A stretch of DNA of 64,000 bases. Source: Candidatus Omnitrophota bacterium. GTDB taxonomy: Bacteria; Omnitrophota; Gorgyraeia; Zapsychrales; Fredricksoniimonadaceae. Below are positions 48,978-59,455 of the stretch, piece after piece. The stretch covers positions 64,184 through 128,183 of the forward strand of contig JAGWKL010000003.1 in the NCBI GenBank assembly GCA_028865345.1, in the 5' to 3' direction. The notes beneath the pieces are model-generated. The model worked only from the letters and a program-made list of their open reading frames with translations, ran no database searches and was not told the DNA's origin. A program made the translations under genes and the position numbers. The first letter of the stretch is position 1, and each line of letters opens with the position of its first letter.

Positions 48978-50789
48978 ATGTCACTCGAGAAACGCCCTGT
49001 CACAAGATTTGAATTGCTCATGGATGCCGGTTATGGCGCGCAAAAAGCAGGGGACATCCTGCTGGGGGCCTTTGTCGGCATGGGGCAATATGTTTATGTG
49101 GAGCCCATGATCCCCGCTGAAATTTCCCCGCCGGCCAGGAGCCGTGCGGCCCTTTCCGGGGTCATCATCCGTCTGGCGGATTTTGACGTTACCAATATCG
49201 GCAATGACACGGATTTGATCCTGGCCGCCCATGAAGTGGTCCTGGACCGCCGGCTTGACGACAGAGAATTTAATGCCAATGCCAAGATTTTGCTGGACAT
49301 GGGAGACCAGGAAGATAATCCTGAATCCTATGAAATGGTGCTCAAGCGCTGCACCAAGCTGTCTTTAAGCGTCATTCCTTTTAATGTGGATGCCGAATCC
49401 CGGACCCTTATCAAGGAGTTGGGGGGCAAGGGGCAGAATTTGTATTATCTCGGGATGCTCTCCTTCATTTACAACATGGACGAGGAGATCGTTAAAAAAG
49501 AGATCCTTAAGACCTTCGGCAAAAAGCTCAAAGAAGACATCATGGCCAAAAATATCACCCTGTATCACAATGGCTACCAACTGGCCAAGGAAAAAGTGTT
49601 TTTCCGTGTAGAAGTGCAATGCCACGAGCGTCCCGGCCAACAGATCCTTATCGACGGCAATACATCCATGAGCCTGGGGCTTATCGATGCGGGGTTCAAG
49701 CTGTTTTCCGGTTATCCCATCACCCCGGCATCTTCCATTATGCATACGCTGGCCAAAAATTTTCCGTCCTATGGCGGCCTGGTGCACCAGGCGGAAGATG
49801 AGATCGCGGCCATCGGCGCCGCGGTGGGCTCCTATTATGCCGGTAAGCCGGCCGTGACCGCAACTTCCGGACCGGGCCTGTCCTTAAAGCAGGAATTCAT
49901 CGGTTTTGCCTCAGCCGCGGAAATCCCTCTGGTTGTCATCGATGTCCAGCGTGCCGGACCATCGACGGGGATGCCTACCAAGACCGAGCAGTCGGATTTG
50001 TTGGCGGCCTTGTGCGGCAGCCACGGGGACTACGCCAAGATCATCCTCAGCGTTTCCAACGTCATTGATTGTTTCTACGCCCCGCATTTGGCCAGGTACC
50101 TGGCTGAGAAATTGCGCGTGCCGGTTTTTATCCTGAGCGATTTCCAGACAGCCAACAGTTATAAGGTTGTGGCCAAATTCAAGCTGGCCCAGATGAACGG
50201 CGGGGTGGACGATATCCCGGATTTTGTGTTCGAGCGTTTCCATATGAAACGTCTGGCCGGGCCCGTACAAATGGTGCGCACCCTGCAAACCGTGCCCGGT
50301 ACCGAAGGCGGCATGCGCCGTATCACCGGCCTCAATACCGATGAGCAGGGCAAGATCAATTATTTCTCCGACCACCATCAGCGTTCCCACGCAGTGCGCA
50401 ACGAGAAGATCCATCAAGTCCGGCGGGTACTGACCCTGCCGGAAATGTTCGGCAAGGACACCAATGAGGTTTTGATCGTGGGCTGGGGTTCCAGCCGCGG
50501 CGCCATCGAGGAGGCCATTTCCCTTTGCGAAAAGAACGGCGTTCCGGCGTCAGGAATGCATTTGCGGGTGGTGTATCCGTTGCCCTTGATGCTCAAAGAT
50601 GTGTTTACCAAATATAAGAAGGTTATGACCGTAGAGGTCGCCTTCGGTGATCCTTTGAAACCATCGCCATTGGCTTTATTGTTAAGATCAGAAACTCTGA
50701 CGGACGTCCGTCCCCTCGTGGCTGATGCCACCGGTCGGCCGCTGCGTCCCAGAATTATTATGAATAAGATTCAGGAGGCTTTGAAATGA
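48978..50789 (+). CDS. 2-oxoacid:ferredoxin oxidoreductase, fused gamma-alpha subunit
   Basis: N-terminal POR gamma domain, then alpha domain (GYPITPASSIMH..). 603 aa. Confidence 0.9.
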   Translation: MSLEKRPVTRFELLMDAGYGAQKAGDILLGAFVGMGQYVYVEPMIPAEISPPARSRAALSGVIIRLADFDVTNIGNDTDLILAAHEVVLDRRLDDREFNANAKILLDMGDQEDNPESYEMVLKRCTKLSLSVIPFNVDAESRTLIKELGGKGQNLYYLGMLSFIYNMDEEIVKKEILKTFGKKLKEDIMAKNITLYHNGYQLAKEKVFFRVEVQCHERPGQQILIDGNTSMSLGLIDAGFKLFSGYPITPASSIMHTLAKNFPSYGGLVHQAEDEIAAIGAAVGSYYAGKPAVTATSGPGLSLKQEFIGFASAAEIPLVVIDVQRAGPSTGMPTKTEQSDLLAALCGSHGDYAKIILSVSNVIDCFYAPHLARYLAEKLRVPVFILSDFQTANSYKVVAKFKLAQMNGGVDDIPDFVFERFHMKRLAGPVQMVRTLQTVPGTEGGMRRITGLNTDEQGKINYFSDHHQRSHAVRNEKIHQVRRVLTLPEMFGKDTNEVLIVGWGSSRGAIEEAISLCEKNGVPASGMHLRVVYPLPLMLKDVFTKYKKVMTVEVAFGDPLKPSPLALLLRSETLTDVRPLVADATGRPLRPRIIMNKIQEALK

Positions 50790-51706
50790 CTACAGATACA
50801 ATTTCCAAACCGGCGCCGACGCCGATCACCATAAAAGAACTGAACACCGAAAATCCCCGCTGGTGCGCCGGCTGCGGCGATTTCGGGATCATCATGGGCT
50901 TGAAAAGATTTATCGTCGAGCGCCAGCTTTCGCCGTCCCAAACGGTGAATGTTTCCGGGATCGGCTGCTCAGGCCGCGCGCCGAACTACTTCAATACCTA
51001 TGGCGTGCATTCGATCCACGGCCGCGCCATCCCCATTGCCTTAGGGATAGCCCTGGCGCAGCCCGGCTTAAATTTGTTTGTGCACTCCGGAGACGGGGAC
51101 GCCCTGAGCATCGGCGGCAATCACCTGATCCACGGCATCAACAAGAATTTCAAGTGCGTATTTTTGATGTATGACAATGAGGTCTACGCCCTGACCAAGA
51201 ATCAGACATCCCCCACGACACGCCACGAGCACCCGACCAATACCCAGCCGCAAGGGACATTTTTGAACCCCTTAAATCCCATCACCCTGGTTTTGGGGTT
51301 AGGGGCCTCATTTGTGGCCTCGACCGCGGACTGGATACCGGACCATTTGACCAATACGATGAAGGCGGCCTTCGACCATCCTGGTTTTGCCTTTGTGCAT
51401 ATTTCCCAGCGCTGCCCGCATTTTGATCCGAATAATTTTGATCATAAGAATTCAAGCTGGTTTTCATTCTTAAAGCATCCCAACGGCATTGAGCCTGACC
51501 GCCGCCTTGCGGCCAAGACCGAGACCGTGGAACACGACCCTTCGAATCTCACCCAGGCGTTTTCGTACGGGGCCGCTGACCGCCGGTATTTCGGCCTGTT
51601 TTTTCAAAATAAGGACAAACCGCGCTACGACAACATCCTTCATAATTTGGTGGAGAAAGCGCCCAAAAAAGATCCATCAAAAATCCTGGACAGCTATTTG
51701 ATTTAA
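50786..51706 (+). CDS. 2-oxoacid:ferredoxin oxidoreductase, beta (TPP-binding) subunit
   Basis: WCAGCGDFGI N-terminus and GDGD TPP motif. ATGA overlap with the alpha subunit gene. Confidence 0.9.
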   Translation: MTTDTISKPAPTPITIKELNTENPRWCAGCGDFGIIMGLKRFIVERQLSPSQTVNVSGIGCSGRAPNYFNTYGVHSIHGRAIPIALGIALAQPGLNLFVHSGDGDALSIGGNHLIHGINKNFKCVFLMYDNEVYALTKNQTSPTTRHEHPTNTQPQGTFLNPLNPITLVLGLGASFVASTADWIPDHLTNTMKAAFDHPGFAFVHISQRCPHFDPNNFDHKNSSWFSFLKHPNGIEPDRRLAAKTETVEHDPSNLTQAFSYGAADRRYFGLFFQNKDKPRYDNILHNLVEKAPKKDPSKILDSYLI

Positions 51707-51709
51707 GCC

Positions 51710-52648
51710 ATGGAAAACCTCATCATCATCGGCTCGGGGCCTGCGGGGCACACCGCGGCCGTTTATTCAGCCCGTGCCCGCCTTAATCCTTTGATGTTCG
51801 AAGGGGCCTTTGCGGCAGGCGTTGCTGCCGGGGGCCAGTTGACCACAACCACCGAAGTGGAGAATTATCCCGGGTTTTTGTCCATTCCGGGACCGCTTCT
51901 CATGGATAAAATGCGCGAGCAGTCCCTGCATTGCGGGGCGCGCATCCTGACGGAAACTGTTGACAGGGTGGACCTGTCGCAGAGACCTTTTAAAGTCCGG
52001 GCCGCGGGCAAAGAATATGAGGCCAAGACCTTGATCATTGCCACCGGCGCTCAAGCCCGGCGCATGGACCTGCCGGGCGAGGAGCGTTTGTGGCAGAAGG
52101 GGATTTCCGCCTGCGCGGTCTGCGACGGCGCCCTGCCTTTTTTCCGCAATAAATTACTGGCGGTGGTCGGGGGCGGAGATTCGGCCGTTGAGGAGTCCAC
52201 CTACCTGACCAAATTTGCCTCCAAGGTCCTGCTGCTGGTGCGCCGCGATATGATGCGGGCGTCCATGGTCATGCAGGAGCGTGCCCAAAGCAATCCTAAA
52301 ATCGAGATCATGTTCGAAACGCTTCCGGTGGAAGTTTTAGGAGATAAAAGTGTTTCCGGCCTGAAAGTCAGGAACACCCGTACCAATGCCGAAAGCATTC
52401 TGCCTGTAGGCGGGTTGTTTTATGCGATCGGGCATTTACCCAATACCGCGTTTCTGGAAGGCCAGTTGGAATTGGATGAAGTAGGGTATATCAAAACCAG
52501 GCCGGGTACCGCCCAGACAAGCGTGGAGGGCGTTTTTGCCGCCGGCGACGTGCAGGACAAGGTCTACCGTCAGGCGGTCACCTCGGCCGGCACCGGCTGC
52601 ATGGCCGCCCTGGATGCCGAGCATTTCTTAGCCGCCCATTCTCATTGA
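51710..52648 (+). CDS. trxB: Thioredoxin-disulfide reductase
   Basis: [13 protein letters not shown] motif. CAVCDG redox-active disulfide. GGGDSA NADPH motif. Confidence 0.9.
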   Translation: MENLIIIGSGPAGHTAAVYSARARLNPLMFEGAFAAGVAAGGQLTTTTEVENYPGFLSIPGPLLMDKMREQSLHCGARILTETVDRVDLSQRPFKVRAAGKEYEAKTLIIATGAQARRMDLPGEERLWQKGISACAVCDGALPFFRNKLLAVVGGGDSAVEESTYLTKFASKVLLLVRRDMMRASMVMQERAQSNPKIEIMFETLPVEVLGDKSVSGLKVRNTRTNAESILPVGGLFYAIGHLPNTAFLEGQLELDEVGYIKTRPGTAQTSVEGVFAAGDVQDKVYRQAVTSAGTGCMAALDAEHFLAAHSH

Positions 52649-52701
52649 TAAATGACGCAATTTCTATTCTTTCATTTATAAAAATGTGATAGTATTTTTT
52701 T

Positions 52702-53196
52702 ATGGTGACCATTGATTTCAAGAACAAGAGCCTGCATGAATATCTGGACCAGCTTTCCCGCCGGGAGCCTGTGCCAGGCGGGGGATCGGCGGCGGCCCTG
52801 ACCGCGGCGCTGGGTGCCGGCCTTATCTCCATGGTCACCAATTATTCTATGGGCCGCAAGGCCAACACCAAGGCGGTGGAACAACGCTTGGGGACGATTC
52901 TGGCCCAAAGCGAACCCATCCGTTTGAGATTGCTTCAACTCGTGAGCCTTGACAGCGAGGCGTATTTAAAGATTTCCGCGGCCCGGTCTTTGGACAAAAG
53001 AGCCCAAAGGCTCGCCGCCCGTGAAGGCAAGGCCGTGCCTTTGGAGGTCTGTAAGCTTTGTTATAAGGCCATCCGGTTAACGCCTTATCTGGTGGAACGC
53101 GGCAATCCGTATCTTCTTTCGGATGTGGAGGTGGCCCTCGAACTTCTGCTGTCCGCTTTTAATGCGGCCCGTGTCATGGTGAGGGTCAATTCATGA
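52702..53196 (+). CDS. Cyclodeaminase/cyclohydrolase-family protein (FtcD C-domain / FchA-like methenyl-THF cyclohydrolase)
   Basis: EPVPGGGSAAALTAALGAGLISMV motif. Confidence 0.8.
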   Translation: MVTIDFKNKSLHEYLDQLSRREPVPGGGSAAALTAALGAGLISMVTNYSMGRKANTKAVEQRLGTILAQSEPIRLRLLQLVSLDSEAYLKISAARSLDKRAQRLAAREGKAVPLEVCKLCYKAIRLTPYLVERGNPYLLSDVEVALELLLSAFNAARVMVRVNS

Positions 53197-54050
53197 GCGC
53201 GCAAATCCTCGACGGTAAACTGCTGGCTGCCCAGCTCAAAACGGCGTTGACACAGGAAATTAAGCGTTTGCGGGAGTCTGTCCAGGAGGCCCCCCGCATT
53301 TTCAGCATAGTTGTGGGGAACGATCCGGCCAGTCTTTCTTATGCCGCTTCGCAGCAGAAGACCGCCCAGGGTGTGGGGATCCAGTATGAGCTGCGCAACT
53401 TCAACGCCGAAAGTACGACCCAGGATGATGTGTTGAACTTGATCGGCGAATTAAACAGCTACGACCACGTCCATGGCATTATAGTCAATAAGCCTTTGCC
53501 GGCGCAGATGAATTTCAAGGCCATCATCAATGCCATCACTCCGTACAAGGACATTGAAGGCATGAATCTGATGAATTTCGGCAGGCTTTTGATGGGGGAA
53601 GAAGGTATTTTCCCCTGCACCCCGTCGGCGGCTTTGGAATTATTGAAATCTTCCGGCGTTCCCTTGAAAGGCAAGCACGCCATTGTCATAGGCCGTTCCG
53701 AGATTGTAGGCAAACCCGTGGCCCTCTTATTGTTGAGAGAAGACATGACGGTGACCGTCTGCCACTCCAAGACCATTGACCTGCCCTTTGTCGTGCACGA
53801 TGCGGACGTTGTGATCGCAGCATTGGGCCGGCCGGGCTTTGTGAAAGGTGAGTGGATCAGGCAGGGGGCGATCGTGGTTGACGTGGGGATCAATCAGGTC
53901 GAGGGCAAACTGGTGGGTGATGTGGATTTTGCCTCCGCAGTTCAAAAAGCCTCGCATATCACACCCGTGCCCGGGGGTGTGGGGCCCGTGACGGCTGTCA
54001 TGCTCATGAACAATGCCGTTAAGGCTTTTAAAATCCTCAATCGAATTTAA
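53193..54050 (+). CDS. folD: Bifunctional methylene-THF dehydrogenase / methenyl-THF cyclohydrolase
   Basis: ILDGK..; GIIVNKPLP; TPSAAL; GRSEIVGKP; GGVGPVT motifs. ATGA overlap with the upstream gene. Confidence 0.9.
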   Translation: MSAQILDGKLLAAQLKTALTQEIKRLRESVQEAPRIFSIVVGNDPASLSYAASQQKTAQGVGIQYELRNFNAESTTQDDVLNLIGELNSYDHVHGIIVNKPLPAQMNFKAIINAITPYKDIEGMNLMNFGRLLMGEEGIFPCTPSAALELLKSSGVPLKGKHAIVIGRSEIVGKPVALLLLREDMTVTVCHSKTIDLPFVVHDADVVIAALGRPGFVKGEWIRQGAIVVDVGINQVEGKLVGDVDFASAVQKASHITPVPGGVGPVTAVMLMNNAVKAFKILNRI

Positions 54051-54052
54051 TC

Positions 54053-55090
54053 ATGAAGACTTTAGTTGTCGGAAATTCCTTGGACGTGCTCCCCGCTATA
54101 GAACATATCCATAACGCGGGCGGCCAAGCCGCGCTTTTTGCCACCGAGGGTTTTCTGCCGTATGACCGTTCGCTTTTGCCGGGCCTGGCAGGCGGGGATG
54201 TCCGCCAGGAGGACTTGTTCAGGACGTCCTCGGATGTTTTAGCCCGGTGTTGTCCTGCGGTCATCACCGATGAGAGCTTGGGCCGCATCAGCGTCAAACG
54301 CAGGCACCTGACCACGGTAAAAAAAACACAGATCGATTATGACCGTCTGATTCTTGTGGACACCGGAGAGCTCATCCTGCCGGCCATCCGCGGCCGGGAA
54401 CGCAAGGGCGTTTTTGACTGCTGGCGCCTGTCTTCCATTAAAGCACTGCAACAGCACCTGCCGTTTGCCGACGGGGTGATGGTCGCGGCCACCAGGATCC
54501 AGGGCCTGAACATGGCCTGTGTTTTGAACCGGTTGAAAAAAGAAGTGACTGTCATTTCTTCCGCGATCGGCCTTTTGCCTGAAATTTTAGACGATGAATC
54601 AGGGCTTTTGTTGAAACAAATTCTTGAAGGCAAAGGGATCCGTGTGATCAGCGAGAACGCAGTGGAAGAAATTTTAGGGGAGGCGCAGGTCAAGGCGGTC
54701 AAATTAAAATCAGGCAAGGTCTTAGGGTGCGATGCGGTCATTTTTGATGAGGCCAGGGCCGACATACGGATGCTTTCGGAGCCCGCCCTCACCGGGGATG
54801 ATGAAATCTGCATCGAAGACTGCTTTAAACTGCCTACGCCGCCGCTGGCTCCAGCCCATTTCGGATGTCATGTGCTTGACGGTTTTTACGCCGGGTGGAC
54901 CAAATTGCCCGACGGCGGACGGGAATATTTAAAATTCGACGGCCCTCAAAATATCTACAAGAAAATTTACGCCCTCGGCCACCACCTGGCAGGAGTGGTG
55001 ACTTTTAATGCGCCCCAGGACAATGATCGTCTGTTGGGGATACTCCAGCGGCAAGACAATATCACCGGCAAAGAAGAAGAGATTCTTTAA
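54053..55090 (+). CDS. Degenerate pyridine-nucleotide-disulfide oxidoreductase-like protein (both GxGxxG motifs lost)
   Basis: Length and domain order resemble NirB/rubredoxin-reductase-type FAD/NAD oxidoreductases. The dinucleotide loops read VVGNSLDVLPA and VMVAATRIQGLNMAC instead of GxGxxG. Confidence 0.65.
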   Translation: MKTLVVGNSLDVLPAIEHIHNAGGQAALFATEGFLPYDRSLLPGLAGGDVRQEDLFRTSSDVLARCCPAVITDESLGRISVKRRHLTTVKKTQIDYDRLILVDTGELILPAIRGRERKGVFDCWRLSSIKALQQHLPFADGVMVAATRIQGLNMACVLNRLKKEVTVISSAIGLLPEILDDESGLLLKQILEGKGIRVISENAVEEILGEAQVKAVKLKSGKVLGCDAVIFDEARADIRMLSEPALTGDDEICIEDCFKLPTPPLAPAHFGCHVLDGFYAGWTKLPDGGREYLKFDGPQNIYKKIYALGHHLAGVVTFNAPQDNDRLLGILQRQDNITGKEEEIL

Positions 55091-55095
55091 TCACC

Positions 55096-57456
55096 ATGTC
55101 CCAGCGTGTTTTTATCATTGATGCCCATGGCCTTTGTTACAGGGCTTATTACGCGGTCAAAGCCTTGAAGAACTCCAAGGGCCTGCCCACCAACGCCGTT
55201 TTCGGTTTTTGCAATATGCTGCGCAAGATGCTCCTCGACTTTAAACCGACGCACGTGGCGGTCTGTTTTGACGTGGGCAGGGACACCCACCGCCAGAAAA
55301 AATTCGCCGATTATAAGATCCAGCGGCAAGCCATGCCTGATGACCTGGTCGTGCAGATCAAAACGATCCGCGAGGTCATCAGCGCTTACAATATCCCTAT
55401 TTTTGAACTGGAAGGTTATGAGGCCGATGATGTCATGGCGACCCTGGCCCTGCGCTTTGCCAAAAAGGACGCCCAAATTTTTTTGGCCACGGATGACAAG
55501 GACATGGCCCAGCTGGTGGGCGAGCATATCAAATTATACAGCCCCCGTCAGGAAAAAGAGTTCGACGGCAAGGGCGTGGAAGAAAAATTCGGGGTCGCCC
55601 CCAAGCAGATCACCGACTACATCGCCCTGGCAGGGGATGCTTCGGACAACATCCCCGGGGTTAAAGGCATCGGCGAGAAGGGGGCGCGCAAACTCATTGC
55701 CGAATACAAATCCTTGGAAGGGATCTATGAACATATCGACCGGATCACTCCGGCAGGCATGAAGGAAAAGCTGATCGTCTCCCGCCAGGAGGCTTTTTTG
55801 AGCAAGGAGCTGGCCACCCTGCACGCCGATGTGCCGGTGGATGCCGCGTTGGGAAATCTGGCTTTTCCTGAACCTGACCGCGGCAAGTTGTTTGCGCTCT
55901 TTAATGAATTGGAATTCCGCAAACTGGCCGAGGAATACGCGCCGGCAGGTGCCGCCCAGCAACTCGTCGAAGAATTGAAGGCTTGGGTGGAAACGACCGA
56001 AGAAAACCAGCCCCTTTACATTGTCTATGACCTGAAATCCTTACGTAAGGCCAAAGCTTTCGGAGAAGAGCAGTTGAAGCACAGGATTTTTGATGTTTAT
56101 TTGGCGGATTACCTGCTCTCGGGCGGCCAGGGGCAGTATCATTTGCCGGCTTTGAGGACGACCGGCGAGGGGATGAAGGAGCTTTACACGCTCCAAAAGC
56201 GGTTATTGAAGGAACAGGGGCTTGAATTCCTTTTTTATGACGTGGAGATGCCTTTGTCCAATGTTCTTTTTGAGATGGAGACCAACGGCGTACGGATTGA
56301 TGCGGCGGTATTGGAAAGGTTGTCCAAGGAATGTGCGGGTAAGATGGCTGAATTGGAGGGTTCGTTGTACAAGATCGCCGGGGGTGAGTTTAATGTCAAC
56401 AGTCCCAAGCAGTTAAGCATCATTTTGTTTGAACGTTTGAAACTGCCGGTTATAAGAAAGACCAAGACCGGATTCTCGACGGACGAAGAGGTCCTGACCA
56501 GGCTTTCCGGCCGGCATCCTTTGCCCGCCCTGATCCTGGAGTACCGGCAAATGGCCAAATTGAAATCCACCTATATCGATGCCCTGCCGCAGTTGATCGA
56601 CCCTCAGACCAAACGTTTGCACACGACGTTCAACCAGGCCGGGGCTGAGACGGGGAGACTTAGTTCCAATAACCCCAACTTGCAGAATATTCCCATCCGC
56701 ACCGAATTCGGACAGCGTATCCGCCGGGCTTTTGTTCCTTACACCAAGGGTCATGTGCTGCTTTCCGCCGACTATTCACAGATAGAATTAAGGATCTTGG
56801 GGGTTTTGTCGAAAGACGAAGAGCTCCAGAAAGCCTGCCGCGGTGAAGGGGACATCCACCGCCATACGGCTTCCCTGATGTTTGAGGTGCCCGAAAGCAA
56901 GGTGGACGAAAAAATGCGCTATGCCGCCAAGCGCATTAATTTCGGAATCGTGTACGGCATGGGGGCTTTCAGTCTGGCCAAGGATTTGAATGTGAGTGTT
57001 GCGCAGGCGCAGGATTTTATTGATAAATATTTTCTGCGATACCCGAAGGTCCGGCAGTTTTTGGACGGACAGATCCAGAAGGCCAGGGATTTGGGATATG
57101 TGACGACCTTTTTCGGCCGCCGGCGCTATTTGCCGGACATCCATAACCGCAATATGGGGCTGCGCCAGTTTGCCGAACGCCAGGCGATCAACGCGCCCAT
57201 GCAGGGTACGGCCGCGGACATTATTAAGATAGCCATGGTCAAAATCAGCCGGCGCATGGCCCGGGAAAAATTGTCCTCGACGATGACCATGACCGTGCAC
57301 GATGAGCTTGTTTTCGACGTACCTCAGGATGAAATTAAAACAATGGCCTCCCTGGTCCGTGAAGAAATGGAAGGGGCCATGGATTCCTCGGTCCCCATCA
57401 AGACAACTATCGAAGCCGGTTCCAATTGGCTGGAAATGGAAAAGTCGCTTTCATGA
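55096..57456 (+). CDS. polA: DNA polymerase I (5'-3' exonuclease plus polymerase; short central domain)
   Basis: N-terminal FEN-like nuclease (FIIDAHGLCYRAYYA). Pol A motifs DYSQIELR and QVHDEL-type (TVHDELVFD). 786 aa. Confidence 0.9.
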   Translation: MSQRVFIIDAHGLCYRAYYAVKALKNSKGLPTNAVFGFCNMLRKMLLDFKPTHVAVCFDVGRDTHRQKKFADYKIQRQAMPDDLVVQIKTIREVISAYNIPIFELEGYEADDVMATLALRFAKKDAQIFLATDDKDMAQLVGEHIKLYSPRQEKEFDGKGVEEKFGVAPKQITDYIALAGDASDNIPGVKGIGEKGARKLIAEYKSLEGIYEHIDRITPAGMKEKLIVSRQEAFLSKELATLHADVPVDAALGNLAFPEPDRGKLFALFNELEFRKLAEEYAPAGAAQQLVEELKAWVETTEENQPLYIVYDLKSLRKAKAFGEEQLKHRIFDVYLADYLLSGGQGQYHLPALRTTGEGMKELYTLQKRLLKEQGLEFLFYDVEMPLSNVLFEMETNGVRIDAAVLERLSKECAGKMAELEGSLYKIAGGEFNVNSPKQLSIILFERLKLPVIRKTKTGFSTDEEVLTRLSGRHPLPALILEYRQMAKLKSTYIDALPQLIDPQTKRLHTTFNQAGAETGRLSSNNPNLQNIPIRTEFGQRIRRAFVPYTKGHVLLSADYSQIELRILGVLSKDEELQKACRGEGDIHRHTASLMFEVPESKVDEKMRYAAKRINFGIVYGMGAFSLAKDLNVSVAQAQDFIDKYFLRYPKVRQFLDGQIQKARDLGYVTTFFGRRRYLPDIHNRNMGLRQFAERQAINAPMQGTAADIIKIAMVKISRRMAREKLSSTMTMTVHDELVFDVPQDEIKTMASLVREEMEGAMDSSVPIKTTIEAGSNWLEMEKSLS

Positions 57457-58838
57457 AAATCGTGTTGTGCTCCTCAGAGGTGGTTCCTTTTGCAAAGACC
57501 GGCGGTCTGGCTGATGTCTGCGGCGCCCTGCCTCCGGCGCTGGAAAAGTTGGGCCACGAGGTTGTCGTCATCACCCCGCGGTATAAGACATCCAACATCC
57601 AGGTCCCGGCGCCCATCGTGCGCATCGGCGAAAATATCAGGGTCTGCTTTATCGAGCACCACAATTATTTCGGTAGGGAGGGCCTGTACGGCGATCCGGG
57701 AGGCGAGTACCAGGACAATCTGGAGCGTTTCACGCATTTTTGCCATAAAAGTTTCGAGGTCCTGAAAGAAATCAAATTTTCTCCTGATATCATCCATTGC
57801 CACGACTGGCATACGGCCCTGATCCCTGTGCTGCTTAAGACCAACTACCAGCATGACCCGTTTTTTAGAGGCAGCCGGTCGGTCCTGACTATCCACAATA
57901 TGGCCTATCAGGGGATTTTCCCGAAATTCAAATACGAGAGGCTGGGGGTCCACGGCCGGCTTTTCCACCCCCAGGCTCTGGAATTTTATGACCAGGTCAA
58001 CGTCCTTAAAGGGGGGATCATTTTTGCCCACGCCCTCACCACAGTTTCTCCCCAGTATGCCAAAGAAATACAGACCCGGGAATTCGGGTGTACGCTTGAC
58101 GGTGTTTTACGCAACCGCGCCCAAGACATTTCCGGGATCCTCAACGGCCTGGATTATGAAACATGGAACCCCAAGGACGATCCTTTTTTGAACTTTCCTT
58201 ACGATGCCGCCGGCGCCCATGAATTGAAGATCAACAATAAGCTGGTGCTTCAGGTGACTCTGGGCCTGCCTTCCAGGGAAGACGTGCCGCTTTTCGGTTT
58301 TGTGGGCAGGCTTTGCGCCCAAAAAGGGCTGGACCTCATCAGGGACGTCGTCGATGCCATCGCGGCTAAGGGGGGCCAGGTCATTTTTACGGGCGTGGGG
58401 GACAGGAAATATCATCGCATGATCGAAGAGGCGGCCGGCCGTCATCCGCACCACGTGGGCAAAATCCTGAAATTTGACGAAGGCATCGCCCATAAAATCT
58501 ATGCCGCCTCGGATTTCTTTTTGATGCCATCGACCTATGAACCCTGCGGGCTAGGCCAGATGATCGCGTTAAGGTATGGTTCCATCCCGGTAGTGTACAA
58601 GACCGGCGGCCTGGCGGACACCATCCACCTTTATGATCCCATCCATAAAACGGGCAACGGATTCATATTTACGGAATATACCAAAGCTTCCTTTATTAAG
58701 GCCGTCGATGAGGCCTTGAAGGTCTATCATCAAAAAGACCAGATGAAAGACCTGCTGGATGCGGCCATGCGTTACCGCTTCTCCTGGGAAAAATCTGCCA
58801 GGGAATACGTGAAGGTTTTCGAAAAATGCTTGTCATAG
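57453..58838 (+). CDS. glgA: Glycogen (starch) synthase
   Basis: MKIVLCSSEVVPFAKTGGLADV N-terminus with KTGGL motif. ATGA overlap with polA. Confidence 0.9.
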   Translation: MKIVLCSSEVVPFAKTGGLADVCGALPPALEKLGHEVVVITPRYKTSNIQVPAPIVRIGENIRVCFIEHHNYFGREGLYGDPGGEYQDNLERFTHFCHKSFEVLKEIKFSPDIIHCHDWHTALIPVLLKTNYQHDPFFRGSRSVLTIHNMAYQGIFPKFKYERLGVHGRLFHPQALEFYDQVNVLKGGIIFAHALTTVSPQYAKEIQTREFGCTLDGVLRNRAQDISGILNGLDYETWNPKDDPFLNFPYDAAGAHELKINNKLVLQVTLGLPSREDVPLFGFVGRLCAQKGLDLIRDVVDAIAAKGGQVIFTGVGDRKYHRMIEEAAGRHPHHVGKILKFDEGIAHKIYAASDFFLMPSTYEPCGLGQMIALRYGSIPVVYKTGGLADTIHLYDPIHKTGNGFIFTEYTKASFIKAVDEALKVYHQKDQMKDLLDAAMRYRFSWEKSAREYVKVFEKCLS

Positions 58839-59419
58839 GACTTACAGGAAATTTGGGGTGCGGAAAATCCACCGTGGCCGCAATGTTCGCCCGCAGGGGG
58901 GCCAAGACCATTGATGCCGACCTCGTCACGAGGCGGCTACTAACGAAAAATGAGAAATGTATAAAAAAAGTGGCAAAAATTTTTCCAGGTGTTATACTTG
59001 TCTCAAATAAGGTTGACCGCTCTGAATTAGCCAAGATCGTTTTTAATCATCCACGGGAACTACATAAGCTCACCAACATACTTTATCCTGAGGCTCTCAA
59101 AGCAGTTAAAAATCAGTTATCCCGATATAAACATGAATCGCTTGTCGTTTTAGATGCGCCTCTTCTATTTGAATCCGGATGGAACAAAATCACTGATATA
59201 ACCATCGTGGTCAGGGCCCGGCGCCGCCAGCAGATCGAACGCGCCTGCAAACGCCTGGGGATCACCCACAGCGAAGCCCTGCGGAGGCTCCGCAACCAAA
59301 TGCCTCTTAAGGCCAAATCCGACATGGCGGATATGATCATTGATAATAGCCATGACCTAGTTCAGACGCAAAACCAAGTGGATGCGATTATGCATAGATT
59401 AAGGAAAATCAACAATTAA
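58826..59419 (+). CDS. coaE: Dephospho-CoA kinase
   Basis: IGLTGNLGCGKST P-loop. 197 aa. Confidence 0.9.
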   Translation: MLVIGLTGNLGCGKSTVAAMFARRGAKTIDADLVTRRLLTKNEKCIKKVAKIFPGVILVSNKVDRSELAKIVFNHPRELHKLTNILYPEALKAVKNQLSRYKHESLVVLDAPLLFESGWNKITDITIVVRARRRQQIERACKRLGITHSEALRRLRNQMPLKAKSDMADMIIDNSHDLVQTQNQVDAIMHRLRKINN

Positions 59420-59455
59420 TTTTTAACCCGCCTTCGGCGGACTTAGGAGAAACCA

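Noticed and set aside
59420-59455. CCGCC-ttc-GGCGG hairpin upstream of rho as an attenuator
   Set aside because: 5-bp stem, no U-tract. Cannot be distinguished from chance.
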